A DNA stretch of 64,000 nucleotides. It comes from Chlorokybus atmophyticus. Taxonomy: Eukaryota > Plantae > Mesostigma and Chlorokybus algae. Below the pieces are notes generated by a model, which searched no databases, was not told the DNA's origin, and worked only from the letters and a program-made list of their open reading frames with translations. A program made the position numbers and the translations under genes. Below are positions 1 through 8,920 of the stretch, in pieces (position 1 is the stretch's first letter; each line of letters begins with the position of its first letter). The stretch is from NCBI GenBank assembly GCA_009103225.1, contig RHPI01001132.1:1-64000 (forward strand), written 5' to 3'.

Positions 1-720
1 AAGTACTGTCTCAACCACAACAAGAGAGACTGGGACTTGGCGTTGCCATGGTTAGCAATGGGCTATCGCATGACGCGGCAGGCTGTGTTGAGCTCATACA
101 GCCCCTATTTTTTGTTGTATGGGAGAGAGCCCATACTGCCAACATCAATCCGGAGACAGGTTGAGCAGGAGCTTGACTTGGAGGATCCCAATGTGTGGGA
201 GAAGGAGATGGCAAAGCGTGCGGAGCTGTTCCGGTGTGTGATGCCGATTGCACTTGGCAACTTGCAAGTGGCACAACACCGCGACACGCTGCGCTATGCC
301 AGGGTGAGGAGTGGCTTCTACAAGCCAAGACTGCAGAAGTTTCAGCCCGGAGACTTTGTCTACCTGCAGAGAAAGACCAAGGACACGTTGGATACGAGTG
401 CGAGCCGCACCATCCTTCGTGTGAAGAAGCTTCTCAACAACGGTGTGTTGTTGTTAGAGGGAGCTGATGCCAGGACCACCAAGGAGCACATGAAGAGCTG
501 TGCTCCTTGCCATCTGCCAAACGTGGATGACAGTGTGGATCCGGCTCTGGCAATACCAGATGTGGGCCATCGTTGTGAGCGGTGTGGCCGAGCGGAAGGC
601 TGGGACACCATGCTGCTGTGCGACAGGTGTGTTGCCGGTTGGCACATGGAGTGCCTTCGTCCACCAGTTGAGGAGATCCCTGATGGGACATGGTATTGTC
701 CAGCGTGTACGAGGACTTGA
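1..720 (+). CDS. 3' end of the polyprotein of an upstream tandem copy of the same Ty3/gypsy element (integrase C-terminus + PHD finger), truncated by the window edge
   Basis: Matches 8142-8861 at an offset of 8141 bp with 7 substitutions seen by eye; open frame from base 1 to the TGA at 718-720; PHD Cys4-His-Cys3 at 574-708. Confidence 0.95.
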   Translation, partial: KYCLNHNKRDWDLALPWLAMGYRMTRQAVLSSYSPYFLLYGREPILPTSIRRQVEQELDLEDPNVWEKEMAKRAELFRCVMPIALGNLQVAQHRDTLRYARVRSGFYKPRLQKFQPGDFVYLQRKTKDTLDTSASRTILRVKKLLNNGVLLLEGADARTTKEHMKSCAPCHLPNVDDSVDPALAIPDVGHRCERCGRAEGWDTMLLCDRCVAGWHMECLRPPVEEIPDGTWYCPACTRT

Positions 721-770
721 GTAGCGTGTGAGTCAGCTGAAGGCGCACGAGGGCGTTGGCGCTCAGCTGC

Positions 771-779
771 AGGGGGTGG
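771..779 (+). promoter_or_regulatory. Polypurine tract (AGGGGGTGG) abutting the LTR; second copy at 8912-8920
   Basis: Purine-rich run directly 5' of the TG that starts the LTR in both element copies; short, with one pyrimidine. Confidence 0.6.
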
Positions 780-1728
780 TGACACGCATCTTTCATGCGT
801 GTGTCAACTTCATGTGATGAGAGATGGTGCATGAGGCAGCATGACATGGTCTCATGGTGTATAATAGCATGCGTACATGCATGGCAAGGAGGTTTACGAT
901 GAGTTCGAGTCACGATGCGGGAAGGCACGACAGCTGTCATGCGCGAGCATGTAGTGTCATGTGCATGATGCCCTCGGGGCTGGCGACATGGATGGACCTT
1001 GGGATTTTGGCTCTCATAGCCATTTTACAGGGTTTATGTGTTGGGTTTTCATTGGGAACTCATGTTTGGGTCCTCATGGACGTGAGGGAGGTGTGTTCGA
1101 GGCGTATCTACAGTCAGATACGGAGCTGACAGCATATTTGGGTCACTATGGTATCTCGCACAGCTGTTTCGGAGTTGTGACTTTGAGAAGCCGTAACTTA
1201 CAGTTGGAGTGGCGGTTTGGCCATGGGTTGGCGTCAAAAGATGCGTCTTGAAGTGTACTTGAAGAGGATGAGCTTGGATAAGCCTTTCCTAACTGTTTAC
1301 CGTTACTTATCAACGCCACCATGACTGTTACTATGCTGGTGCAGATTGACAGTTAGGGTAGTTGGAGAGTTGGTTGGGCTTGAGCTCAACGGTGGTATAT
1401 AAGGCTTTGCTAGCCTGTTTCCTAGTTTGGTTGGATGCAAGTTGGCCTACTGGAGTGCAAGCAACACCTTTGGGAAGAGGTTCTTGGCTGAGCGGATGCG
1501 TGTGCACATGCTTGCATGTATGGCGTGTGTGCACGTGTTCGTTGCTGTGCGTTGCTGTGCATGAAGGGGTGTGTGTCACTGTTGCGACTTTGATGCACCG
1601 TATGGGCTGCCTTAGCATGTACTTTGAGTGAGGATTGAGTTGGGACTGCTTTACACAAGTGAACGGCTGATTGCAAGTCAAGTTGTGGTCTACTTGCCTA
1701 CCTTTTGCAAGGGGACACGCATCTTTCA
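780..1728 (+). repeat. LTR (~949 bp, TG...CA), shared as 3' LTR of the upstream copy and 5' LTR of the full copy
   Basis: Near-identical to 8921-9870 and 9855-10804; starts TGACAC right after the PPT and ends CTTTCA, where identity with the downstream copies stops; internal TATATAA at 1396-1402. The 5' boundary could alternatively be 796. Confidence 0.85.
1396..1402 (+). promoter_or_regulatory. LTR TATA box (TATATAA); also at 9538-9544 and 10471-10477
   Basis: Canonical TATA about 33 nt upstream of the sequence complementary to the PBS. Confidence 0.65.
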
Positions 1729-1741
1729 CTTGCATCCAACC
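1729..1741 (+). promoter_or_regulatory. Putative self-priming primer-binding site CTTGCATCCAACC
   Basis: Directly follows the LTR end; exact reverse complement of 1429-1441 (GGTTGGATGCAAG); no TGG start, so not a tRNA 3'-CCA type PBS. Confidence 0.7.
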
Positions 1742-1787
1742 CATCAGCTGAGTTTGCTCGAGGTAGAAGCGAGTTGCAGGCGTGTTC

Positions 1788-4700
1788 ATGCCTTTAAGAT
1801 CTGGTGAGGACTGGCACGAGAGACCCACGAAGGCGGCTTTGAAGAGAAGAGCGCCGAGAGGGACGATCACTCCGGTGGTGGAGGGCGTCGCCGAAGAGGT
1901 GGAGTTGTCGAGTGACGAGGAGTCCGACATCGAGGACGAGGGTGGAAAGATGGCTGATTCAGCTTCAACCATGGATAGCACACCGAGATTCAGTGGGAGG
2001 CCCGGCACGGCGGACCTACGCGACTTCATCGACCGCTTCGACTCCGAGATGGTCAAGTGGGAGTATCGGGACAAGTCGGGGTGGGACGAGCACAAAGCCT
2101 TCAAGATGTTGCCTCTATACCTCAAGGATGAAGCCCTTGGCACGTGGAGAGAGTTCAAGGAGCAGCTGGAGGTGAGGGAGAGGGCGTTGCGGCTCGGCGC
2201 ACCGGCTGCGTTTGAAGCGGAGTGGAAGAAGGAGCAGCCCGTGACTGAGTTCAAGGCGCTCTTGAGGAAGACCTACCCACAATCAACACCCGCCAAGGTT
2301 CGTGAGCTGAGTTTCTTCAAGCGCAACGCCGGGGAGACGGCGAGGATGATGTATACGCGCATGCTCAAGCTCTTGACGGACACGGACTACAAGGTGATGA
2401 CGGATCAGACCGCGGCGGTTGTGTACCTTCAACAACTAGAGGCGGACTTGAGGCTGAAGGTGGAGACCATGTTGACCACTCAGTCCGAGTTTGGCACATA
2501 CACGCTTGCGGATGTCTTCAAGGTGGCCGAGACGGCAGAAATTCAGCATGAGTACCTCAAGAACATTGACCGACAGCGTCGGGGGTTGAAGTTGCTTGAG
2601 ATTTCGGAGGAGAAGAGCTCTTCCAAGCCCGCGGCAACATCGGCGGCAAGCAAGGCAGCTGGTGGGAAGCCAAAGGAGTTCAAGCATGCCAACAACGCGG
2701 TTGTGGAAGGTGTGTCGGGTGCCAAATGCTGGTCGTGTGGAGAGCAAGGCCATATTGCAAGGGATTGTGGGAAAGGCAAGAAGGTGGTGTGCTCTCATTG
2801 CAAGAAGGGTGGGCATGTTGATGCCAAGTGTTGGAGTAAGCATCCAGAGCTGCGTCCACAACAAGGAGCGGCAGTCGGAGCTCACTCGAGTGTGAGAGCG
2901 GAGCCATCAATGTCGGAGGTGACAAAGGCATTGGCGGCAATGCAATCGGAGTATGCATCGTTGAAGAGCATGCTCGAGCGAGGGAAATGGCCCGAGAGAG
3001 GAGCGGAGGATAAGCCAAGCAGCTCCGGAGGTTACCTCGCGTATAGTGCGCTCTCCGGAGGCACTAAGGTGGCAGCGGTTGCGACGACGAGAGCGTCGGC
3101 ACGCCGAAACGCTGCACCAGCTCCCCCGACTAGGATGGTTGAGGAGGAGGCCGCGCCCGTCCGCGAGGAGGGTGTGGATCATGATAGGATGCGGGCACCA
3201 GCTGCACGCATGCCTATGTCATTTAAGTTGCTGCCAACAACCCCGTTGGAGCAAGAGAGTTCGCGCTCGGAGGGTGCGAAAGTGCAGCCGACTGCTACGG
3301 CAACGGCGCGACATGATGTCGGCGTCGGTGGCGGTGGTGAGCACAAGAGAGTGGGGGAGCTGCTACAGATGTGTGTAAAGCTTCTCGAGGGTGCCAAGAT
3401 GCTTTCCCAACAGCCCGCAACTCAAGCCAATGAAGAAAACTTGGAGTTGACGGCGCCGTTGGAGAGCGTTGCGGCGGAGCTGGTCGGGCAGCCGCTTGTT
3501 TGCTTGAAGGACCTTGGAGTCAGCAAGGAACACGTGATGGAGCTGTTGCAAAGTGCTCTAGACACCACTAGGACTGCCTCGACAAAGTCTCATGACCATA
3601 TGAGCAAGTCTCATGAAGATATGGTGGCGCAAGCAGGCCGTATGGTTGCGCGCGCGGAGCTGGCGGCGCCCGAGGGGTCCGCGTCGGCGTCGAGTTCTCT
3701 CACTCAGCTTGAAGACAAGCTGGAGGAAGGTGTGGGGAGTGTAGGAGGGATGTTGGCAATGCTTCCCGCCACTCGGCCGGCCTTGAGAGAGAAGATATCG
3801 CCGAATGTGGCGATGGTGGACAACCGTGGGGGGCACATCAGCCTAGACGGCTTCGTGCCAGATGTTGTCTTGGTGGATACAGGTGCACAACCTGTCATTT
3901 TGGGTGCTAGAGCTGTCAAGGGGATGGGACTCAGCCCCAAGGAGTGGGAGCCATGCCCGGTCATGATCAATACCTCGGCGGGGACCGTAGAGGCCGTGTG
4001 CGGCATAACGGTGCAGCCGGTGGACATATGCTTGACTGCGGTGGGAGGTGCTACCACGTCCTTCAAGGTTCGATGCCTCATCACGGATGCAAAGGGGTAC
4101 GATGTGCTGCTCGGACAAGACTTCTTGTTCCCCGTCGGCGGCGGCGTTGACAATTGGATCGAACAAGGGTTCTTTCGGCCGCGTTGGCGTGTGGGTGGAG
4201 GGGAGAAGGCCTATTTTCCGTTGAGCATCACACAAGGGGGTCTTGAGAGGTCTCCAACCTCTGCATCTGCTGTGTGGGCGTGCTTGAGTCGCCGTTCAGT
4301 CAAGGGATGGCTTGGTGACAGCACCGACATGTACTATGACCATGTGGAGGAGGGGGAGAGTGTCCTCGCACACATGGAGGAGGGGAGACCTCCGGAGCTG
4401 GTCTATATGGCGCAAACTCAGTCACAAGAGCTGGAGTTGGCTTCACAACATCGTGCTCAGCGGCAACAAGAGGCTCAAGACAAGGTTAGCCAAGCATGGA
4501 TGAAGGATGTGATGGCATTGGAGCCGCCATTGCTGCCCGAGGGTGTGAGAGCTGTTCATCCGCCTATCAACTACAGCACCGTCGAGTGGAAGGTCCCCGA
4601 GGAGGGTGTTGTGATGGTGGAGCTGTTCGGTGGCATTGCAAGTGGGCTTGCGGCCGCGTTGAACGCCGGCATCAAGGTGCGGCGCTATATCTATGTGGAC

Positions 4701-7700
4701 CCTTCGCCAACGGCGCAACAAGGTGCACAACATCATGTGAGGATGTTGTTGAAGAAGTATCCAGATCTGCTACATGAGGATGCGGTGAAGGGCTTTCAAA
4801 GCACATGGCCGCAAGACATTTGCTTGATAGGGCCACATCAACTTGCAGCTATCGGCCATGTGCATTTGCTTGTAGCCGGGTGGGAATGCCAAGGGCATTC
4901 ACGGGCTGGTCATGGCAAAGGATTGATGGATGCGCGCTCGTCATTGTTTTGGGAGTTAGTGCGCATCATCAACAGGATTCAGCAAGGACAAGAGCAGCCC
5001 ATGGCGTACATCGTCGAGAATGTACCAGCTGAAGATGACAAGCGCAAGCGCGTGCGAGAAGACTATCAGCTGGTGAGACATGTGCTAGGCCATGAGCTGG
5101 TCATGGATGCGGCACGGCATGGTTCGCGCGCGCATCGGCTGCGTGTGAAGTGGACAAACCTCGCGCCGGTTGAGTTGCTTCGCACGGTGCAGCAAGAGTA
5201 CTCTAGACCGCAAGGTTTGACAGTCAACCAGGTGCTGGAGCATGGGCGCACAGCACAACAGGTCAGCAAGGCTGATCGGCCGCCTCAAGAGGTGGTGAAC
5301 CAGGTCGGGCACGACATGGCGGCGCTGCCGACATTGGTGACATACCCAGGCTCTTATGCATTCCGCAAGGGAGGGCCAGGGCTGGTGTGGGACTCACAGA
5401 ACAGCAGGTTGGAAGAGCCAACAGCTGGTGAGCGCGAGCGTGCGATGGGGTTCTTGTCCGGTGCGACAGCGGCGCCGGGACTAAGTGAACAACAGCGCCG
5501 TGTGCTGCTAGGACAAGCCATGGACCAGAACAGCATGGTGTGGCTGATGGTTGTCTGCTTGGCGGCACAAGAGTTGGTGGCAAGCATCATGCCGATGCGA
5601 CAGCAAGCGCGTCGGGAGCCTGCGCCTCTGTCGAGGGGGTGGGAGCAGGTTGTACATGATGAGGAGAGTAAGGGGGTGTCTTTTTCGCCTGTGACAGCTG
5701 CAAGTGGCAAGAAAGCGGCTGTAGATGGTGCCTTGAAGCAGGAGAAGGCCACCGACCAGACCATGGAGTGGTGTATAGGCGAGCATGTGACACCACATGA
5801 GCGTGAGTGGCTCGAGGCGTTGCTGGCGCGCAAGCGTGACTGCTTCGCCTACTCTACCAAGGAGTTGGGAGTTTGCAACTTCTACACAATGGACATTGAG
5901 TTGACCTCTCCAGAGCCCATCTTTCGTCGGCAGTATCGGCTGAGCAAGGTGGAGAAGGAGTTTGTGGCAGAAAAGTGTGCTGACTTGTTGGAGGCCGGAC
6001 TCATTGAGGAGTCAACCTCGGACTTCGCGGCGGCGACGGTGTTGCCGTTGAAGAAAGATGCACAAGGAAACTGGACCTCGAGAAGGATGTGTGGTGACTA
6101 TCGGCCTCTCAATGAGAAGACCAAGGCTGATCGGTACCCCATGCCTATCCCTGAGGCTATCTTTGATGACATCGGTGATGCAAAGGTGTTCTCCATCGTG
6201 GACTTGAGGCAGGGCTTCAACCAGATCGCCATCAAGCCCGAGGATCGTGGCAAGACAGCGTTTTGGGGAGTGGACCAGCTCTACCAATGGAAGGTCATGC
6301 CGTTCGGCTTGAAGAATGCGCCTGTGAAGTTTCAGCGTGTGATGGACCGTGTGCTTCGTGGTCTACCCTTCGCAAGGTGCTACATAGATGACATCTTGGT
6401 GTTTAGCCACACGATGGAGGAGCATCTCGTGCACTTGGAGCGCGTGTTCGAGCGCGTGCGCGAGAGCGGCATGAGGTGTCACCCGGAGAAGTGCTTGTTT
6501 GGAGCTGATCGCATCCCGTATCTCGGCCATGAGATAGTGCCGGATGGCGTCCGTGTGCAGCAAGCAAAGGTGGATGCCTTGGTGCAAGTGCCCGCACCGA
6601 CGGACATTAGCCGGCTTCGAGCGTTTCTCGGCTTGGCGAACTACTATCGGAGGTTCGTGGAGGGGTATAGCAAGATTGCAAAGCCCTTAAATGAGTTGTT
6701 GAAGAAGGACAAGGCCTGGTGCTGGTCGGAGGAGTGCCAACGTGCCTTTGAGCTTCTCAAGGAGAAGCTATGCACCGCGCCGGTGTTGAGACGGGCGGAC
6801 TACAACCGTCCCTTCATCCTACACACGGATTGGAGCCGTTTGGGCATTGGGGCCGTGTTGTGTCAAAAGGATGATGATGGGAAGGAGTATGTGGTCGCGT
6901 ATGGCAGCCGAAGCAACAATAACGCTGAGGCAAACTACAGCTCCTATGAGGGGGAGTGTTTGGCAGTAGTTTGGGCCATAGTTCACTTCAGACCGTTCCT
7001 CTATGGCCGTCCCTTCACACTCATCACCGACCACCAGCCCTTGAAGTGGTTGATGACCAATGACAAGCTCACGGGGAAGCATGCCAGGTGGGCGCTCATA
7101 CTGCAAGAGTATGAGTTTGAGATTGAGCACCGAGCTGGTGTTGACAACATGGACGCGGATGGGCTGAGTAGGAACCCAAACCCTTCATCGTTGGATGAGA
7201 GTGAGGCGAGGCATGACTATGGCATGCCCGTGGCTGGGTTTTTGGCCTACCGTGTGGCTTCTTTGCTGGTGTTGGCGGGTTCGGTGGAAGCATGCGCATC
7301 CATGCGCGCAAACGCAGCTGGAGAGAGCGACAACAATGGTGTAATGCCGCCTTTGGAGGCTGCACCAGCCCCAACGGTCAATGACATTGAAGGGGAGGAA
7401 GCCGAGGCTTCAAAGGACATTTGGAGGGATGAGCAAGTGCTTGCTCACCTCAAAACCGGGCTGTTCCAAGCTGGTTGCAGCACGGCGACGCGAGATCGCG
7501 TGTGGCAACGCGCGCAACGCTATCGATGGGAGGGAAACCACCTTGTGCGCTTGATGCCGGATGGAGGTGTGAGGATTGTGCCTCAACCACATGAGAGGAA
7601 GCCGCTTGTGGAGCTGCTTCATGAGAGGATGGGCCACTTTGGTGTCAAGAGGACACTTGGGCTCGTGCAATCAGCATATTGGTGGGCTGGCATGAAGTCT

Positions 7701-8861
7701 ACCGTGGCGGAAGTTGTTGCAAGCTGTGTGGAGTGCGACAGAGTGAAGGCAAGCTTCAATGCCAAGCACCCACAGCTGCACCCTCTACCTATTCAAGGAC
7801 TTTTCTATCGGTGGAGCCTAGACCTGGCCGGAGATCTACCAGTCAGCAAGAGAGGCAACCGCTACGTGCTCGTGATGATAGAGCACTTCTCCAAGTGGGT
7901 CGAGGTCGTGGCGCTGCCATCGAAGGAGAGCAAGCTTGTGGCTGAAGCTTTCCTTGATCAAGTCCTTAGCAGATTCGGTGCTTGTGCTGAGGTTCTCACT
8001 GACCAAGGCACCGAGTTTCGTGGCCAGTTCGATGACTTGTTGGCGCAAGCCTTTATCGACCATCGAAGGACTTCTCGTGACCATCCTCAAGCCGATGGGC
8101 TTGCTGAGCGAATGGTACAGGTGGTGAAGAAAGGGCTTCGCAAGTACTGTCTCAACCACAACAAGAGAGACTGGGACTTGGCGTTGCCATGGTTGGCAAT
8201 GGGCTATCGCATGACGCGGCAGGCTGCGTTGAGCTCATACAGCCCCTATTTTTTGTTGTATGGGAGAGAGCCCATATTGCCAACATCAATCCGGAGACAG
8301 GTTGAGCAGGAGCTTGACTTGGAGGATCCCAATGTGTGGGAGAAGGAGATGGCAAAGCGTGCGGAGCTGTTCCGGTGTGTGATGCCGATTGCACTTGGCA
8401 ACTTGCAAGTGGCACAACACCGCGACACGCTGCGCTATGCCAGGGTGAGGAGTGGCTTCTACAAGCCAAGACTGCAGAAGTTTCAGCCCGGAGACTTTGT
8501 CTACCTGCAGAGAAAGACCAAGGACACGTTGGATACGAGTGCGAGCCGCACCATCCTTCGTGTGAAGAAGCTTCTCAACAACGGTGTGTTGTTGTTAGAG
8601 GGAGCTGATGCCAGGACCACTAAGGAGCACATGAAGAGCTGCGCTCCTTGCCATCTGCCAAACGTGGATGACAGTGTGGATCCGGCTCTGGCAATACCAG
8701 ATGTGGGCCACCGTTGTGAGCGGTGTGGCCGAGCGGAAGGCTGGGACACCATGCTGCTGTGCGACGGGTGTGTTGCCGGTTGGCACATGGAGTGCCTTCG
8801 TCCACCAGTTGAGGAGATCCCTGATGGGACATGGTATTGTCCAGCGTGTACGAGGACTTGA
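1788..8861 (+). CDS. Gag-Pol polyprotein (~2357 aa): Gag-CCHCx2 / aspartic protease / C5-cytosine methyltransferase / RT / RNase H / integrase / PHD
   Basis: Uninterrupted ORF (first ATG 1788; the track opens it at GTG 1782). Zn knuckles CWSCGEQGHIARDC and CSHCKKGGHVDAKC (2727-2831); protease LVDTGA (~3876); RT CGDYRPLN and YIDDIL (6381); RNase H LHTDWS...DGLSR; integrase HERMGH..CVEC, SLDLAG, LTDQG, AERMV; C-terminal PHD (8715-8849). Confidence 0.95.
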   Translation: MPLRSGEDWHERPTKAALKRRAPRGTITPVVEGVAEEVELSSDEESDIEDEGGKMADSASTMDSTPRFSGRPGTADLRDFIDRFDSEMVKWEYRDKSGWDEHKAFKMLPLYLKDEALGTWREFKEQLEVRERALRLGAPAAFEAEWKKEQPVTEFKALLRKTYPQSTPAKVRELSFFKRNAGETARMMYTRMLKLLTDTDYKVMTDQTAAVVYLQQLEADLRLKVETMLTTQSEFGTYTLADVFKVAETAEIQHEYLKNIDRQRRGLKLLEISEEKSSSKPAATSAASKAAGGKPKEFKHANNAVVEGVSGAKCWSCGEQGHIARDCGKGKKVVCSHCKKGGHVDAKCWSKHPELRPQQGAAVGAHSSVRAEPSMSEVTKALAAMQSEYASLKSMLERGKWPERGAEDKPSSSGGYLAYSALSGGTKVAAVATTRASARRNAAPAPPTRMVEEEAAPVREEGVDHDRMRAPAARMPMSFKLLPTTPLEQESSRSEGAKVQPTATATARHDVGVGGGGEHKRVGELLQMCVKLLEGAKMLSQQPATQANEENLELTAPLESVAAELVGQPLVCLKDLGVSKEHVMELLQSALDTTRTASTKSHDHMSKSHEDMVAQAGRMVARAELAAPEGSASASSSLTQLEDKLEEGVGSVGGMLAMLPATRPALREKISPNVAMVDNRGGHISLDGFVPDVVLVDTGAQPVILGARAVKGMGLSPKEWEPCPVMINTSAGTVEAVCGITVQPVDICLTAVGGATTSFKVRCLITDAKGYDVLLGQDFLFPVGGGVDNWIEQGFFRPRWRVGGGEKAYFPLSITQGGLERSPTSASAVWACLSRRSVKGWLGDSTDMYYDHVEEGESVLAHMEEGRPPELVYMAQTQSQELELASQHRAQRQQEAQDKVSQAWMKDVMALEPPLLPEGVRAVHPPINYSTVEWKVPEEGVVMVELFGGIASGLAAALNAGIKVRRYIYVDPSPTAQQGAQHHVRMLLKKYPDLLHEDAVKGFQSTWPQDICLIGPHQLAAIGHVHLLVAGWECQGHSRAGHGKGLMDARSSLFWELVRIINRIQQGQEQPMAYIVENVPAEDDKRKRVREDYQLVRHVLGHELVMDAARHGSRAHRLRVKWTNLAPVELLRTVQQEYSRPQGLTVNQVLEHGRTAQQVSKADRPPQEVVNQVGHDMAALPTLVTYPGSYAFRKGGPGLVWDSQNSRLEEPTAGERERAMGFLSGATAAPGLSEQQRRVLLGQAMDQNSMVWLMVVCLAAQELVASIMPMRQQARREPAPLSRGWEQVVHDEESKGVSFSPVTAASGKKAAVDGALKQEKATDQTMEWCIGEHVTPHEREWLEALLARKRDCFAYSTKELGVCNFYTMDIELTSPEPIFRRQYRLSKVEKEFVAEKCADLLEAGLIEESTSDFAAATVLPLKKDAQGNWTSRRMCGDYRPLNEKTKADRYPMPIPEAIFDDIGDAKVFSIVDLRQGFNQIAIKPEDRGKTAFWGVDQLYQWKVMPFGLKNAPVKFQRVMDRVLRGLPFARCYIDDILVFSHTMEEHLVHLERVFERVRESGMRCHPEKCLFGADRIPYLGHEIVPDGVRVQQAKVDALVQVPAPTDISRLRAFLGLANYYRRFVEGYSKIAKPLNELLKKDKAWCWSEECQRAFELLKEKLCTAPVLRRADYNRPFILHTDWSRLGIGAVLCQKDDDGKEYVVAYGSRSNNNAEANYSSYEGECLAVVWAIVHFRPFLYGRPFTLITDHQPLKWLMTNDKLTGKHARWALILQEYEFEIEHRAGVDNMDADGLSRNPNPSSLDESEARHDYGMPVAGFLAYRVASLLVLAGSVEACASMRANAAGESDNNGVMPPLEAAPAPTVNDIEGEEAEASKDIWRDEQVLAHLKTGLFQAGCSTATRDRVWQRAQRYRWEGNHLVRLMPDGGVRIVPQPHERKPLVELLHERMGHFGVKRTLGLVQSAYWWAGMKSTVAEVVASCVECDRVKASFNAKHPQLHPLPIQGLFYRWSLDLAGDLPVSKRGNRYVLVMIEHFSKWVEVVALPSKESKLVAEAFLDQVLSRFGACAEVLTDQGTEFRGQFDDLLAQAFIDHRRTSRDHPQADGLAERMVQVVKKGLRKYCLNHNKRDWDLALPWLAMGYRMTRQAALSSYSPYFLLYGREPILPTSIRRQVEQELDLEDPNVWEKEMAKRAELFRCVMPIALGNLQVAQHRDTLRYARVRSGFYKPRLQKFQPGDFVYLQRKTKDTLDTSASRTILRVKKLLNNGVLLLEGADARTTKEHMKSCAPCHLPNVDDSVDPALAIPDVGHRCERCGRAEGWDTMLLCDGCVAGWHMECLRPPVEEIPDGTWYCPACTRT
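4605..5560 (+). other. C5 DNA cytosine methyltransferase domain within the polyprotein
   Basis: C5-MTase motifs in canonical order: I VELFGGIASG (FGG 4626), IV AGWECQGHSRAG (Cys 4887), V DARSSLFWELVRII, VI YIVENV (5016), VIII AHRLRVKWTNL (5130), IX ERERAMGF, X LLGQAMD (5505). Confidence 0.9.
8715..8849 (+). other. PHD finger at the integrase C-terminus
   Basis: C-x2-C...LLC-D-G-C...WH-x2-C-L-x-PP...IP-x-G-x-W-x-C-P-x-C; complete Cys4-His-Cys3 pattern. Confidence 0.93.
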
Positions 8862-8920
8862 GTAGCGTGTGAGTCAGCTGAAGGCGCACGAGGGCGTTGG
8901 CGCTCAGCTGCAGGGGGTGG

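Noticed and set aside
854-1676. Short ORFs in the LTR recurring at 9-10.9 kb
   Set aside because: They recur only because the LTR is repeated, are broken by indels between copies, and show no recognisable protein features.
4605-5560. Bacterial restriction-modification methylase or contamination; or a DIRS-type adenine methyltransferase
   Set aside because: The domain is in-frame inside a gypsy polyprotein with a DDE integrase and no tyrosine recombinase, its motifs are C5-type (no DPPY), and the neighbours are spliced eukaryotic genes.
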